From Pristiophorus japonicus (taxonomy: Eukaryota), in contig NW_027251778.1 of NCBI RefSeq assembly GCF_044704955.1, positions 496,001-560,000 on the forward strand: 64,000 bases of DNA. Reading direction: 5' to 3'. The stretch's first letter is position 1. Each line of letters begins with the position of its first letter. This document shows, piece after piece, positions 12,624-25,034 of this stretch. The position numbers and the translations under genes are program-made. The notes beneath the pieces were generated by a model, which saw nothing but the letters and a program-made list of their open reading frames with translations, made no database searches and had not been told where the DNA came from.

Positions 12624-13698
12624 GGTTTGCAACCTCTGAATATCTCACAGTTCTAGGCACTGTGGCATTTACTGACCCCCTGCTCCCGTATGTTCAGTGT
12701 GATGGTAGGATTGGCCAATCTCTCTTCACCAATTCATTGGCTCCCTCATCGCGACTGGTCATTTCCGGAGCGGGGCTGATGGGTACTCCGAGGGATCGGC
12801 GCCATGTCTCCTCCCTTTGATGGTGGATTCTGGGGTTCCTTAAACCCACAACAACACGGATCCTTTACTCTGTATCTAATCAGTAAAGGAGAGCTCTTTC
12901 TTTCATTCTCTCTTTCTTTATTTCTTTCTTTCTATCCTTCTCTTTCCTTCTGTCTCTCTTTCCTGCTTTCTTTCGTTCTCTATTGCTTTCGTGCTGCTTT
13001 CATTCTCTCCTTCTATCCTTCTTTCCTTCCGTCGTTCGCTCCCTCTATTCTTCTCTCTTTGCTGCTCTTTTCCCTGTTTCTTACTCTCCTTTTTCTTTAC
13101 TTCTTTCTTTCTCTCTTTCTTTCTCTATTTCCTTTTTTTCTTTCCTTCCTTCTTTCATTCTGTCTTTCTTTCTTTATTTTCTCTCTCTCTCTCATTCTTT
13201 ACTTCTTTCCAAGCTTCCTTCTATCATTCTTTCTAACCTTCTTTCTTTCTGTCCTTCTCTCCTGCTTACATTTTTTCATTCTTTCCATCTGTCTTTCTTG
13301 CTCTCTTGCTTTCTTTCTTTTAGGCTTCCTCTCATCTGTTCTTTCTATATTCCTTTCTTCCTATCTTCCTTTCTTTCTATCTTCCTATCTTTCTATCTCA
13401 CTTCTCTACGCCCTACCCTATAAAACACATTGTTAATCTGTAAAGACCTCTGACAGGTTCACCCCTCAGCCCTCACTTTTCTGGGCACAACAGCCGCAGC
13501 CTGCTCACCCTTTCCTGATAGTTTGAACCTCTCAATTCTGGTGTTATCCCTGTTCATCTTTCTTTGCCCCTTCTCCAGTGCCTCTACATCTAATCTCTTA
13601 CTTTTATGCTAACCCGTCTCTGCTTGTCAAAACCACATTCGCTCTGCAGAATAAACGCGACAGGGTTCACCATCCGCAGGTGTTTCCTGCCATGGTGG

Positions 13699-13737
13699 GG
13701 TTTGTGTCGAGTCCCTCCATCTCCCTGAGTCACTGTG
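13699..13737 (-). other. 23-RSS of V4
   Basis: CACAGTG-23-ACACAAACC. Confidence 0.95.
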
Positions 13738-14483
13738 CAGACTCCAGGCGCAGTAATACACGGCAGACTGATCCGCTTGAAGGCTGGAGGACTTCAGGTT
13801 AAACTCCTTGTCATTCAATCGCTTGGCGGTAAAACCATCCACCGTCCCCTCTGGATCAACGATATTGATGCCCGTGGAGTAAACCATGAACTGCGGCTCC
13901 TTCCCCGGGTCCTGTCTGTACCAGTACATGTAAGGGTTGCTTGCTCCCTCCACAGCGCATTTTAATTCCACTCCCTCCTCGGGAAATCTGGAGACAGCGG
14001 CCGGAGTCTGGCGGATAGTCTGTGAGCTCACGTCTGGGAAAGAGATGGTTGGAGGAGGCGGTCAGTAAACCGGGTCAACCGGGGGAATGGGAGAAACACA
14101 GAAAGAAATAAAGAAAGAAAGAAGGAAAGAAGAACGAAAGAAAAGATAGAAAGAAAGAAAGTAAGAAAGTGAGAAAGAAAGATATAGACAAACAATGAAT
14201 GAGACAAAGAGATAAGGAGAGAAAGAGAGAGAAAAAGAAAGGAAAATAGCAAGAAAGAAAGAAGTAAAGAATGAGAGAAGGAAAGAAAGAAAGAAGTGAA
14301 GAATGAGATAAAGAGATAAAGAAAGTAGTGAAGAAGTAAAGAATGAGAACAAGAAAGGAAGACAGAAAGAAAGAATGAACGAAAGAAGGAAAGAAAGAGC
14401 AAGAAACGGATATTTACAAAGATTATTGTGTGAAATAATCACTTACATTGCAATAAGATCATGAGACAGAGTAACAGGTACAT
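13738..14483 (-). CDS. TRBV: V4: TRBV family A, apparently functional
   Basis: Leader 14483-14447 (MYLLLCLMILLQ, GTAAGT donor); open V exon 14033-13738. Confidence 0.9.
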
Positions 14484-14964
14484 CTTTTACTGTATGATTC
14501 ACTTTTGAATATTAAATCAGCGAAAATAAGAGCGTTGAGTCTGTGAGGATCCAACCCGTCCTTTCAAATCATTGAGCAAAACATGAAGAGCAAATGGAAT
14601 TGGAGCAGTCACCGCCCCTTCTGATTGACAGCCCAGTCCCTCCCTCCCTGACGGGAAGCTCCTCCCTCTCTGATTGAGAGGCCCCTCCCCTCCCCCTCTG
14701 ATGGGGAACAGGAAGTTGCAAAGGTACCCAATAGAAATTGGGTGAATGAGATAAGCAGTGACTGGTGGATGTCAAGGTGGCCTAGTGTGAGGTCAGCTAG
14801 GGTGGGCCTGAGGAAGGAAGATCAGAGTGTTTATAACTGCTGTGAGGCTGAGATCTGTGAAGGAGCAAAGGTAATGCTTTTATCAAGTGTACAAATCCCT
14901 AAAACCCATGAAACAGCTGCAGAAAGGGAACCAAAGTTCTAATGGGATGCTCTTTATATTGGCC

Positions 14965-15245
14965 GCTAGAGCCTGTTCAATCATCCAATGAGATGATGGC
15001 TGATCTTCTACCTCAACTCCACTTTCCTGCACTCTCCCCATATTGCTCGATTCCCTTAATAATCAAAAATTTATCGATCTCAGCCTTGAATAGATTCAAC
15101 GACTGAGCCTCCGCAGACCTCTGGGGTACAGAACGCAAAAGATTCACCACCCTCTGAGTGAAGAAATTACTCCTCATCTCAGTCCTAAATGGCCGACCAC
15201 TTATTCTGAGACTGTGACCCCTGGTTCTCGACTCCCAAGCCAGGG
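14965..15245 (-). mobile_element. CR1 3'-tail fragment
   Basis: Homologous to the LINE 3' end at 6600-6890. Confidence 0.75.
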
Positions 15246-15333
15246 GTTCATCTGGCCTCCTGAGGGTTCGTAAAAGGCGCTATACAAATGCAAGTTATTT
15301 CTTTCCTTCTTCACCCTTCGAGCCTGGCGCGGT

Positions 15334-15372
15334 TTTTTTTGACAGGGCGTTCAAAGTGTCTGTCACACTGTG
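15334..15372 (-). other. RSS of V5 with atypical nonamer
   Basis: CACAGTG-23-TCAAAAAAA(ACC); the A-run is expanded. Confidence 0.75.
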
Positions 15373-16896
15373 CAGTACTCATAGCGCAGTAATGCACGGC
15401 CGTGTCGACAGGGGTGGCGCTGGGGAGCTTCAGAGCAGAGTTTCTGTCGCCGTTTCCTGTAATTTCGAAGCGGGTTTGATCCTTATCCTCGTCATGAATC
15501 GTTCCTCCGACCTGAATTTATTCGATTAACACCAGACCCTGGCCGGCGGGTTGGCGGTACCAGGGCATGAGTTGAGAAATCGAGTCGTCTTCTGAGCAAC
15601 TTATTTTTGCAAGCATGTTTTCTGCAACCACCAGTGTGAGGGGGCTTTCCAGCGGCCGTACTCCGTGTGTTAAATCTACAAACAAATCAAATGAAGTGAA
15701 TTCATCAAATCAAATTGCACGCAATGAGGCCCTTCGGCCCATCGTCCTTGTGCCAGGTCTTTTGTTGGGATGCCCAGTTAGACCCAGTCCCCTCCCCATG
15801 CCCTTTCCCCAGTCCTTTTCCCACACCCACCATTCAATAGGATAAGAACATAAGAATCAGGAGCAGGAGTCAACCATTCGGCCCCTCGAGCTACTCCGCC
15901 ATCCAATGAGATCATGGTTGATCTTCTACCTCAAATCCATTTCCCGCCCAATCCCTCGCTTACTATCCAAAAATCGATCCTTGTCTCGTATATACTCAAA
16001 GACAGAGCCTCCACAGCTGGCTGGGGTACAGAATCCGAAGGATTCACCAGCCCCGAAGTGAATAAATTTGTCACCATCTCAGTTCTAAATGGCTGAATCC
16101 TTCTTCTGGGACTGTGTGACCACTGGTTCTAGACTCCCCAGCCAGGGGGAAACATCCTCCTGCATCTATCCTGTCTATCCCTCTAAGAATTTTGCATTTT
16201 TCAAAGAGAGCACCTCTCCTTATTCTAAGCTCTAGAGAATATAGGCCCAGTCTGCTCAATGTCTCCTAATCGGACAATCGCCACACCCAGGAATCAGTCT
16301 GGTGAACATTCGTTGCACTCCCTCGATGGCAAGTATATCCTTCCTTAGGTAAGGAGACCAAAACTGTACACAATATTCCAGGTGTGGTCTCACCAGGGCC
16401 CGATATGATTGCAGCAAGACGTCTTCACTCTTATACTCAAATCCTCTTGTAATAAAAGCCAACGTACCATTTGCTTTCTTAAACGCTTTCAGTACCTGCA
16501 TGTTAACTTTCAGTGATTTGTGTACAAGGACACCCAGGTCCCTCTGAACACCAACATTTCCCAGTCTCTCACCATTTAAAAAATACTCGGCTTTTCTATT
16601 TTTCCGACCAAAGTGGATAACTTCACAATTCACCACATGATATTCCGTTCGCCACGTTCTTGCCCACTCACTTAGACTATCTATAATTCCCTCGTTCTGA
16701 GCCTCATCTGTAAATCCGTCAATCCGAAAAGCCTCAGACCAATTTCGACCCACTCAGTCGCACTTCGAACCTTGCCAATTTAGTGATCTCTACTGTCTAA
16801 TGCAATACATCGCTCTAATACATCAACCGATGTCATTTCAGGCTACTTACCCGACAGGAAAAGCGGGAGAGTAGATACAAGTAACACTATTTGCAT
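15373..16896 (-). pseudogene. TRBV: V5: TRBV family C pseudogene (absent from the ORF track)
   Basis: Leader 16896-16851 MQIVLLVSTLPLFLS with GTAAGT donor. V exon 15675-15373 reads ..KISCSEDD..WYRQPAGQGLVLIE*..TRFEI..DTAVHYCAMST, with TAA at 15520-15518. Confidence 0.88.
15845..16690 (-). mobile_element. CR1 LINE 3' fragment inside the V5 intron
   Basis: ORF 16256-16753 ([18 protein letters not shown]) plus 3' UTR tail. Confidence 0.9.
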
Positions 16897-17008
16897 TATT
16901 GAATGGAAGTGGCCGGCTATATGCTGGAAGTATCGCTTTCTCACACCGAGTGCCTCCGATCCTGACTCACCCACCGTCCAGATGCACATCGGAAACAGAG
17001 TCCCCGGA

Positions 17009-17035
17009 ATTGATGTCATTTCCCCAATGACGTCG
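17009..17035. promoter_or_regulatory. Paired CRE-like motifs (TGATGTCA, TGACGTC) upstream of the V5 leader
   Basis: 115-140 bp upstream of the ATG; resembles the conserved Vbeta promoter decamer AGTGAYRTCA. Confidence 0.6.
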
Positions 17036-17359
17036 CCACGTTCAAGTTATTACGTAGGATTGCACTGACCTATAGAATGTGATTAATCCATGCTATGTCA
17101 AAGCATATAGAAATTCCGCTTGGGTCTGGGCCCCAAATCCTCGATTGATAAGAATTAGTCTACAACAATAACAGCACCAGCATGCATCTATATAGCGCCT
17201 TCAAAGTCCCGGTGCGCTTCACAGGAGCGTGATCGAACGACATCAGCAAAAGTGTGAAGAGATAGCTGGGGCATATCGGCTGTTCGGCGTCTCCATAGGA
17301 CAACTGGGTATAAAACGAGGCGTACACATCCATGAATCAGGACGCACATGTAATACTGT

Positions 17360-18290
17360 CGGAGAGAGAGAGGGGGAAAGATAGGGTGAGGATGCGAGAG
17401 ATAGAGGTAGAGAGAGAGAGATAGGAGAGAGAGTGAGAGGATGAGAGAAAGAAAGGAGGTGAGAGTGAGGAGGAGAGAGAGAGTGAGAGGATGAGAGAGA
17501 GAGGATTGGAGAGAGAGAGGGAGGGAGAGGATGAGAGAGAGAGGATGATAGCGAGTAAGAGAGAGAGAGAGAGAGAGCGCGAAAGTAGAGTGAGTGAGAG
17601 GATCAGATGGAGAGGAGGAGAGAGAGTATGAGATTGAGAGAATGGGTGGGAGAGAGGAGGTGAGAGAATGTGATGATGAGAGAAAATGATGGGAGAGAGA
17701 GGGAGAGAGAGAGAGGGAGTGCGGAGAGTGAGTGAAATGAGGAGAGAGAGAGAGGGGGACGAGGGGGGAGAGAGAGGAGAGAGACAGTGAGAGGATGAGA
17801 GAGAGAGGATGGGAGAGAGGGGGAGTATGAGAGATTGGGAGAGAGTATGAGAGAGAGAGGATGGGAGTGAGAGAGGGCGAGAGAGGATGAGAGAGAGAGA
17901 GGCTGAGAGAGAGAGAGTATGAGAGAAAGAGATGAGAGAGAGGAGACTGAGTGAGAGGATGAGAGAAACAGATGGGAGAGAGAGAGAGTGTATCAGAGAG
18001 AGAGGAGGAGAGAGAGAGTAGGAGTGAGAGAGAATGGGAGAGAGATAGGGAGAGAGGGGATGGAAGAGAAAAATTATGGGAGAGAGAGAATGGGAGAGAG
18101 AGCGAGAGAGGGGGGTTGTGAAAGAGAGAGAGAGTATGGGAGAGGGACATAACAGGATGGAGGATGACACAGAAAAGGAGGGAGAGAAAATGATAGCCAC
18201 GAGGTGAGAATGAGACAGATAGATCGAGAAAGAGGAACAGAGAGAGAGAGAGAGAGAGAGAGAAGTAGAGAGAAGAAGAGAGAGAGATAG
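17360..18290. repeat. GA-rich polypurine tract
   Basis: Low complexity; paralog of 4430-5280. Confidence 0.9.
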
Positions 18291-18820
18291 ATTTGGTCTC
18301 CTTTACTAAGGAAGGATATACTTGCCTTGGGGACGGTGCAACGGAGGTTCATAAGATGGTGTCCTTGGATGGGAGGGCTGTCTTATGATGAGAGAATGTG
18401 TAGACTTGGCCTATACGCTCTGGAGTTTAGCAGAATGAGAGGGGATCTTCTTACAACGTGTAAGATTGTGAGGGGTCTGGACAGGGTATATGCAGATAGG
18501 ATGTTTGCAGTCGTGGGAGAATCTAGAACTTGGGGACATAGTCTCAGAATACAGCGCCGCCCATTGAAGACGGAAATGAGTGTTGTAAATCTGTGGAATT
18601 CGCTGCTCCAGACAGCTGTGGAGGCTGGGTCATTGAATATATTTAAGGCGGTGCTAGACAGATTTTTGAGCGATAAGGGAGTGAAGGATTATGGGGAGCA
18701 GACGGGGAAGTGGAGCTGAGTCCATGATCAGATCAGCCATAATCTTAATGAATGGTGGAGCAGTCTCAAGGGGCCGAATGGCCGACTCCTGCTCCTGTTT
18801 CTTCTGTCCTTATGTTCTAT
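18290..18820 (+). mobile_element. CR1 LINE 3' end with a single unamplified tail
   Basis: ORF 18327-18719 is the CR1 C-terminus; tail GGAGCAGTCTCAAGGGGCCGAATGGCCGACTCCTGCTCCTG. Confidence 0.9.
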
Positions 18821-19311
18821 GTGTTAATAAACTTCTCACTTTCTATCTTTCATTCTTTTCTCTGTCTTTCTTTCCGACTCTTTTTAACATTCCATACATT
18901 CCATCTTTCGTTCCCTCTTCCTTTAATTATTTTGCTCTTTCTTCCTTCCTTTCTTTTATTCGTCCTATCTTCCTTTCTTTCCATCTTGCTTTCTTTCTAT
19001 CTTCCTATCTTTCTATCTTTCTTCTCTACCCTATAAAACACATCGTTAATCTGTAAAGACTTCTGACAGGTTCACCCCTCCGCCTTCTCTTTTCTGGACA
19101 CAACAGCCCCAGCCTGTTCAGCTTTTCCTGATAGTTTGAACCTCTCAATTCTGGTGTTATCCCAGTTAATCTCTCTTTGCAACTTCTCCAGTACCTCTAC
19201 ACCTAATCTCTCACTTTTATTCTAACCCGTCTCTGCTTGTCAAAAACACATGTGCTCTGCAGATTAAATGCGACAGGGTTCACCATCCACAGGTGTTTCC
19301 TGCCATGGTGG

Positions 19312-19350
19312 GGTTTGTGTCGAGCCCCTCCATCTCCCTCAGTAACTGTG
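19312..19350 (-). other. 23-RSS of V6 (heptamer CACAGTT)
   Basis: CACAGTT-23-ACACAAACC; the critical CAC is intact. Confidence 0.9.
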
Positions 19351-19959
19351 CAGACTCCAGGCGCAGTAATACACGGCCGACTGCTTTGCCATCAGGCCGG
19401 AGGACTTCAGGTTAAACTCCTTGCCATTCGGTCGTTGGGCGCTAAAACCATCCACCGTCCCCTCTGGATTGATGTGATTGATGCCCGTGGAGTAGAACAT
19501 AAACTGCGGCTCCTTGCCCGGGTCCTGTCTGTACCAGTACATGGAAGGGGTACTTGCTGTATCCACAGTGCATTTCAATTCTACTCCATCCCCGGGAAAT
19601 CTGGAGACAGCGGCCGGAGTCTGGCGGATAGTCTGTGAGCTCACGTCTGGGAAAGAGATGGGGAGAGTAGGCCGTCAGTTAACAGGGACATGCTAGGGAA
19701 TGGGAGAAACACAGAACGANNNNNNNNNNNNNNNNNNNNNNNNNNNNNNNNNNNNNNNNNNNNNNNNNNNNNNNNNNNNNNNNNNNNNNNNNNNNNNNNN
19801 NNNNNNNNNNNNNNNNNNNNNNNNNNNNNNNNNNNNNNNNNNNNNNNNNNNNNNNNNNNNNNNNNNNNNNNNNNNNNNNNNNNNNNNNNNNNNNNNNNNN
19901 ATATTTTGTAAAAGTCCCTTACGCTGAAACAACACCATCAGACCCAGTAACTGATACAT
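19351..19959 (-). CDS. TRBV: V6: TRBV family A, apparently functional
   Basis: Leader 19959-19923 MYQLLGLMVLFQ; open V exon 19646-19351; N gap in the intron. Confidence 0.87.
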
Positions 19960-20889
19960 CTTTGACTTAATAATGAAAGGAGCGAGACCAGGAGCGGGGA
20001 GTCTGTGAGGAGCCAAATTCGCTCTTTTGAAATCATTGAGGAAAAATGAAAAAACTCAGGAGATTATGCAGATTTGGGCCGTCAATCATTTCGCTTTCTG
20101 ATTCGCAGACAAAGCCCCTCCCTCTGATTGACAGACAAAATCCCCTCTCCTTCTGATTGACAGGCAAAGCCCCTCCCTCTCTGATTGAAAGACAAAGCCC
20201 ATCCCTCTCTGATTGTCAGCCCCACCCCACCCTCTCTGATTGGCCATGATGAGAGCAGATGGGACGTGGGAGTTAACTGTGGAGGAACAACGGGTTTTTG
20301 AAGACCATGTCCACAAATCACTACCAATGAGTGGATAGTTACGTGTGAAGGGGGTTGGAATAAAGAGACAAAGATTTGTTGCTTCAGTTGCACAGACCCT
20401 CAGTCAGAATCCATCTGGAGAACTGCCTTCAGTTCTGGGCACTGTACCGCCATGTTAGATTTGCATGGGCTTCAACACAGATTCAACAGAATGACAGCAG
20501 GGCCCGGGCATTTAAATGAAGAGGATTTAAATCAACGTGGTTTATATTACACTGACTCTAGGAGATTCGGCGGTGAGCTGATTGAGGTTCGGAAAGCATT
20601 AAAAGGGGTTGATATGTTCGATAGAGAGACTCAATTTCCTCCAGTCGGGGACTCCAGAAGGAAGGGACACAAACACAAAATTAGAGCCAGGCTGTTCAGG
20701 CATTACATCAGAAACCACTTCTTCACACAAAGACGAGTGGGAATATGGGACTCTCTCCTCTAAACGCTGTTGAGTCTAGGGGTCAATTGCAGAATTCAAG
20801 AGAGATTTTGGTATAGTGTTGGTTGGGTAAGGGTGTCGCGTGATATGGGGCAAAAGAGATAAAGAATAATCGGCCATGATATAACTGAA

Positions 20890-23215
20890 TGGGGCAGCAG
20901 GCTCGAGGTTCCGAATGGGCCTCCATTTCCTGTGTAACAGGCTCGAGGGGCTGAATGGGCATCCTGTTCCTGTGTAACAGGGTCGAGCAGTTGAAGGGGC
21001 CTTCTCCTGTTCCTGTGCAACAGGTTCAAGTGGCTGAATGAGCCTCCTCCTGTTTCTGTGCAACAGGCCCGAGGGGCAGAATGGGCTTCCTGATCCTGTG
21101 TCACAGGCTAGAGGGGCTGAATGGGCCTCCTGTTCCTGTGCAACAGGCTCGCCGAGCTGAAGGGACCTTCTCCTGTTACTGTGCAACAGGCTCGAGGGGC
21201 GAAATGGGCCTCCTCCTGTTCCTGTCTAACAGGCTCGAGGGACAAATTTGCCCCCTTCCTGTCTTTGCATAACAGGCTCGAGGGGCTGAATGGGCCTCCT
21301 GTTCCTGTGTAACAGGCTCGAGGGGCAGAATGGGCCTCCTGTTCCTGTGTAACAGGCTCGAGGGGTTGAATGGACCTCCTGCTCCTGTGCAACAGACTCG
21401 AGGGGTTGAATGGGCCTCCTCCAGTTCCTGTGTAACAGGCTCGCGCAGTTGAAGGCATCTCCTCTCGTTCCTGTATAACCGGCTCGAGGAGCTGAATGGC
21501 CCTCCTCTTGATCCTGTGCAACATGCTCGAGAGGCTGACTGAGCCTTCTCCTGTTCCTGTGTAACATGCTCGAGAGGCTGACTGGGCCTCCTGCTGTTCC
21601 AGTTCTAACAGGCTCGAGGGGTTAAATTGGCCTCCTCCTGTTCCTCTGTAAAAGGTGCAAGTGATTGAATGGGCCTCCTGTTCCTATGTAACAGGCTCGA
21701 GGGGCTGAATGGACCTCCTGTTCCTGTGTTTCAGGCTGCAGCGGCTGAAAGGGCCTCCTCCTGTTCCTGTGTAACAGGCTCGAGGGGCATTATGGGCTTC
21801 CTGTTCCTGTGCAACAGGCTCGCCGAGCTGAAGGGGCCTCCTCATGTTCCTGTGTAACAGGATCGAGAGGATAAATGTGTCTCCTCTTGTTACTGTGTAA
21901 CAGGCTCGAGGGGACAAATTGCCCTCCTCCTGTTCCTGCACAACAGGCTCGAGGGGCTAAATGGGCCTTCTGTTCCTATGGAACAGGCTCGAGGGTCTGA
22001 ATGGGCCTCCTGTTCCCGTGTAACAGGCTCGAGGGGCTGAATGTACATCCTGTTCCTGTGCAACAGACTCGAGGGGCTGAATGGGCCTCCTGTTCCTGTG
22101 TAACAGCCTCGTGGAGCTGAATGGGCCTCCTGTTCCTGTGTAACAGGCTCGCAGAGCTGAAGGGACGTCCTCCCGTTACTGTAGAACAGGCTCGAGGAGC
22201 TGAAAGGGACTCCTCCTGATCCTGTGCAACAGGATTGAGGGGCTGACTGGACCTCCTCCTGTTCCTGTGTAACAGGCTCGAGACGCTGAATGGGCCTCTT
22301 GCTGTTCCTGTGTAACCAGCTCGAGGGTCTGATTGGACCTTCTCCAACAAGCTCGAGGGACGAAATTGGACTCCTCCTGTTCCTGTGTAACAGGCGCAAG
22401 TGATTGAATGACCTCCTGTCCACTGTAACTGGCGCGAAGTGCTGAATAGGCCTGCTCCTGTTCCTATGTTTCGGGCTCGAGGGGTTGAATGGCCTCCTCC
22501 AGTTCCTGTGTATAAGGCTCGAGTGGCTGAATGGGCCTCCTGTTCCTGTGCAACCGGCCCGCCGAGCTGAAGGGACCTCCTCCTGTTGCTGTGTAACAGG
22601 GTCGAGGGGCTAAATGGGTTTCCTCCTGTTCCTGCATATCAAGCTCGAGGGCTGAATGGGCCTCCTGTTCCTATGTAACAGGCTAGAGGGGCTGAATAGG
22701 CTTCCTCCAGTTCCTGTGTAACAGGCTCGAGGGGCTGAATGGGCCTCCTATTCCTGTGCAGCAGGCTCGCCGAGCTGAAGGAACCTCCTCCTGTTGCTTT
22801 GCAACAGGCTCGAGCGGCGAAATAGGCCTCCTCCTGTTCCTGTGTAACAGGCTCGAGCGGCGAAATAGGCCTCCTCCTATTCCTGCATAACAGGCTTGAG
22901 GGGCTGAATGGGCCTCCTGTTCCTGTGTAACAAGCTCGAGGGGCTGAATGGACCTCCTGTTCCTGTGTAACAGACTCGAGGGGCTGAATGGCCCTCCTAT
23001 TCCTGTGTAACAGGCTCAAGGGGCTGAATGGACATCCTGTTCCTGTGCGACATGATCAATGGGATGAATGACCTCCTCCTGTTCCTGTGTAACAGGCTCG
23101 AGGGGCTGACTGGGATTTTTCCTGTTCATGTGTAACAGGCTCGAGGGGCTGACTGGGATTCTTCCTGTACATGTGTAACAGGCTCGAGGGGCTGAATGGG
23201 CCTCATCCTGGTCCA
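20890..23215. repeat. Largest 40/43-bp minisatellite array (about 2.3 kb, roughly 55 diverged units)
   Basis: Continuous tandem units with no unique spacers. Confidence 0.95.
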
Positions 23216-23267
23216 GTTTTGCTATTGCCAACTATGTTGTGGACCCTGGTGTTTTTGTTGTTCTAGA

Positions 23268-23281
23268 GCGCCTTCTACTGT
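23268..23281 (-). promoter_or_regulatory. CTCF-like motif ACAGTAGAAGGCGC
   Basis: Type-I flank site, about 540 bp beyond the V7 RSS. Confidence 0.45.
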
Positions 23282-23817
23282 GCCTGTGGATAAAGAACAC
23301 ACATTTTCCATGTTTAAATAAGTATTTTACTTGCATTCGTAACTTACTAAAAATTCGTTATTTTTTCCACTATCATTCTGCCTTTCTATCTTTGTTTAAT
23401 TTCTTTATCTTTCTTCCCAACTCTTTTTCCTGCTTACATTCTTTAATTATTTCGTTCGGTCTTCTTTTCTCTCTTATTCCTTTATTTTTTTCTTCCAATT
23501 TTCATTTCTTTCTATCTTCCTTCTCTTCCACCTACCCAACAAAACACATGGTTAATCTGTAAAGACCTCTGACAGGTTCACCCCTCAGCCTTCTCTTTTC
23601 TGGACACAACTGCCACAGCCTGTTCAGCTTTTCCTGATAGTTTGAACCTCTCAAACCTGGTGCTATCCTTGTTAATATGTCTATGCCCCTTCTCCAGTGT
23701 CTCTCCATCTAATCTCTCAGTTTTGTTCTAAACCGTCTCTGCTTGTCAAAAACACATTCGCTCTGCAGAATAAACGTGACAGTGTTCACCATCCACAGGT
23801 GTTTGCTGCCATGGTGG

Positions 23818-23856
23818 GTTTTGTGTCGAGCCCCTCCAACTCCCTGAGTCACTGTG
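23818..23856 (-). other. 23-RSS of V7
   Basis: CACAGTG-23-ACACAAAAC. Confidence 0.93.
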
Positions 23857-25034
23857 CAGACTCCAGGCGCAGTAATACACGGCCGCCTGATCCGCCCGCA
23901 GGCCGGAGGTCTCCAGGTAGAAGTGGGTGTTGTCGGGTCTCCTGGCGGTGAACCCGTCCACCTCACCGGAGGGAGTGACCGTTCCAGCGTAGGAATAGAA
24001 AAGGTTCTGTGGCTCCCGGTCAGGATGCAACCGGTACCAGCAGAAATTGGAGGTAGCTGTTGCTTCTGTGTAAACGCACTCGATGCTAACCGGAGTGCCC
24101 GGGGAAATGGATATGGAAGCGGGCGTCTGTTGGATCAGCATGGCCCCCACATCTGTAAAACCGACAAAGAGAGAGAGTTAGAGATAGCGATAAACCCAAG
24201 GGGAAATTACATATAAACACCCGCCATGAAGCAGCAGAGGAGAGAGAGTGAGGGGGAAAGGTGGCGAGAGATGCAGAGAGACAGAGCGAGATGGAGAGCG
24301 CGAGAGAGGGAGGGAGTGAGACAGCGGGATAGACAGAGATAGAGTGCCAAAGACAGAGAGATAATGAGATAGAGAAAGAGGGAGATAAACCAAGCGACAA
24401 TCTGCACTTCACCGGAGGATGAGAAGGAGAACATGAGTAGAGAGCAATAGAAATGAGAAAGGCAGAGAGACAGAGAGANNNNNNNNNNNNNNNNNNNNNN
24501 NNNNNNNNNNNNNNNNNNNNNNNNNNNNNNNNNNNNNNNNNNNNNNNNNNNNNNNNNNNNNNNNNNNNNNNNNNNNNNNNNNNNNNNNNNNNNNNNNNNN
24601 NNNNNNNNNNNNAGACGGAGAGAGCAAGAAACATAGAGAGATAGATAGATATATATAGAGAGAGAGAGACAGAAAGACAGAGTGACAGACAGACAGAGAC
24701 AGAGTGAGACTGAGCCAGCGAAGACAGAAAGAGACCGGGAAAGAGAATGGGAGGCAGAGAGAGAAACAGGCAGAGAGAGAGAGAGATAAATAGAGGCAGT
24801 GAGCTTGGAAGACAGCGAGGGAGGGAGACAGACAAACAGACAGACAGAGAACACACTATAAAGCGAGGGGGAGAGAATCTAGACCAGGCCGCGGTGTGAA
24901 GGGACACACGGGGAAATTAAAGTGAGGATCGATGAGATCTCACAGCCCAGCTCCACCTTACCCGTTAACAGCAGCAACACAAGCCAGAGCTGGGACACAG
25001 GCATCTCTGGGGCGAGAGAGATGCGGGGGTTCAT
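23857..25034 (-). CDS. TRBV: V7: TRBV family B, apparently functional
   Basis: Leader 25034-24962 MNPRISLAPEMPVSQLWLVLLLLT with GTAAGG donor; open V exon 24152-23857. Confidence 0.87.

Noticed and set aside
20890-23215. CRISPR-like array (about 43-bp units with an internal palindrome)
   Set aside because: Units are head-to-tail with no unique spacers, there are no cas genes, the context is eukaryotic, and the unit matches a CR1 3' tail
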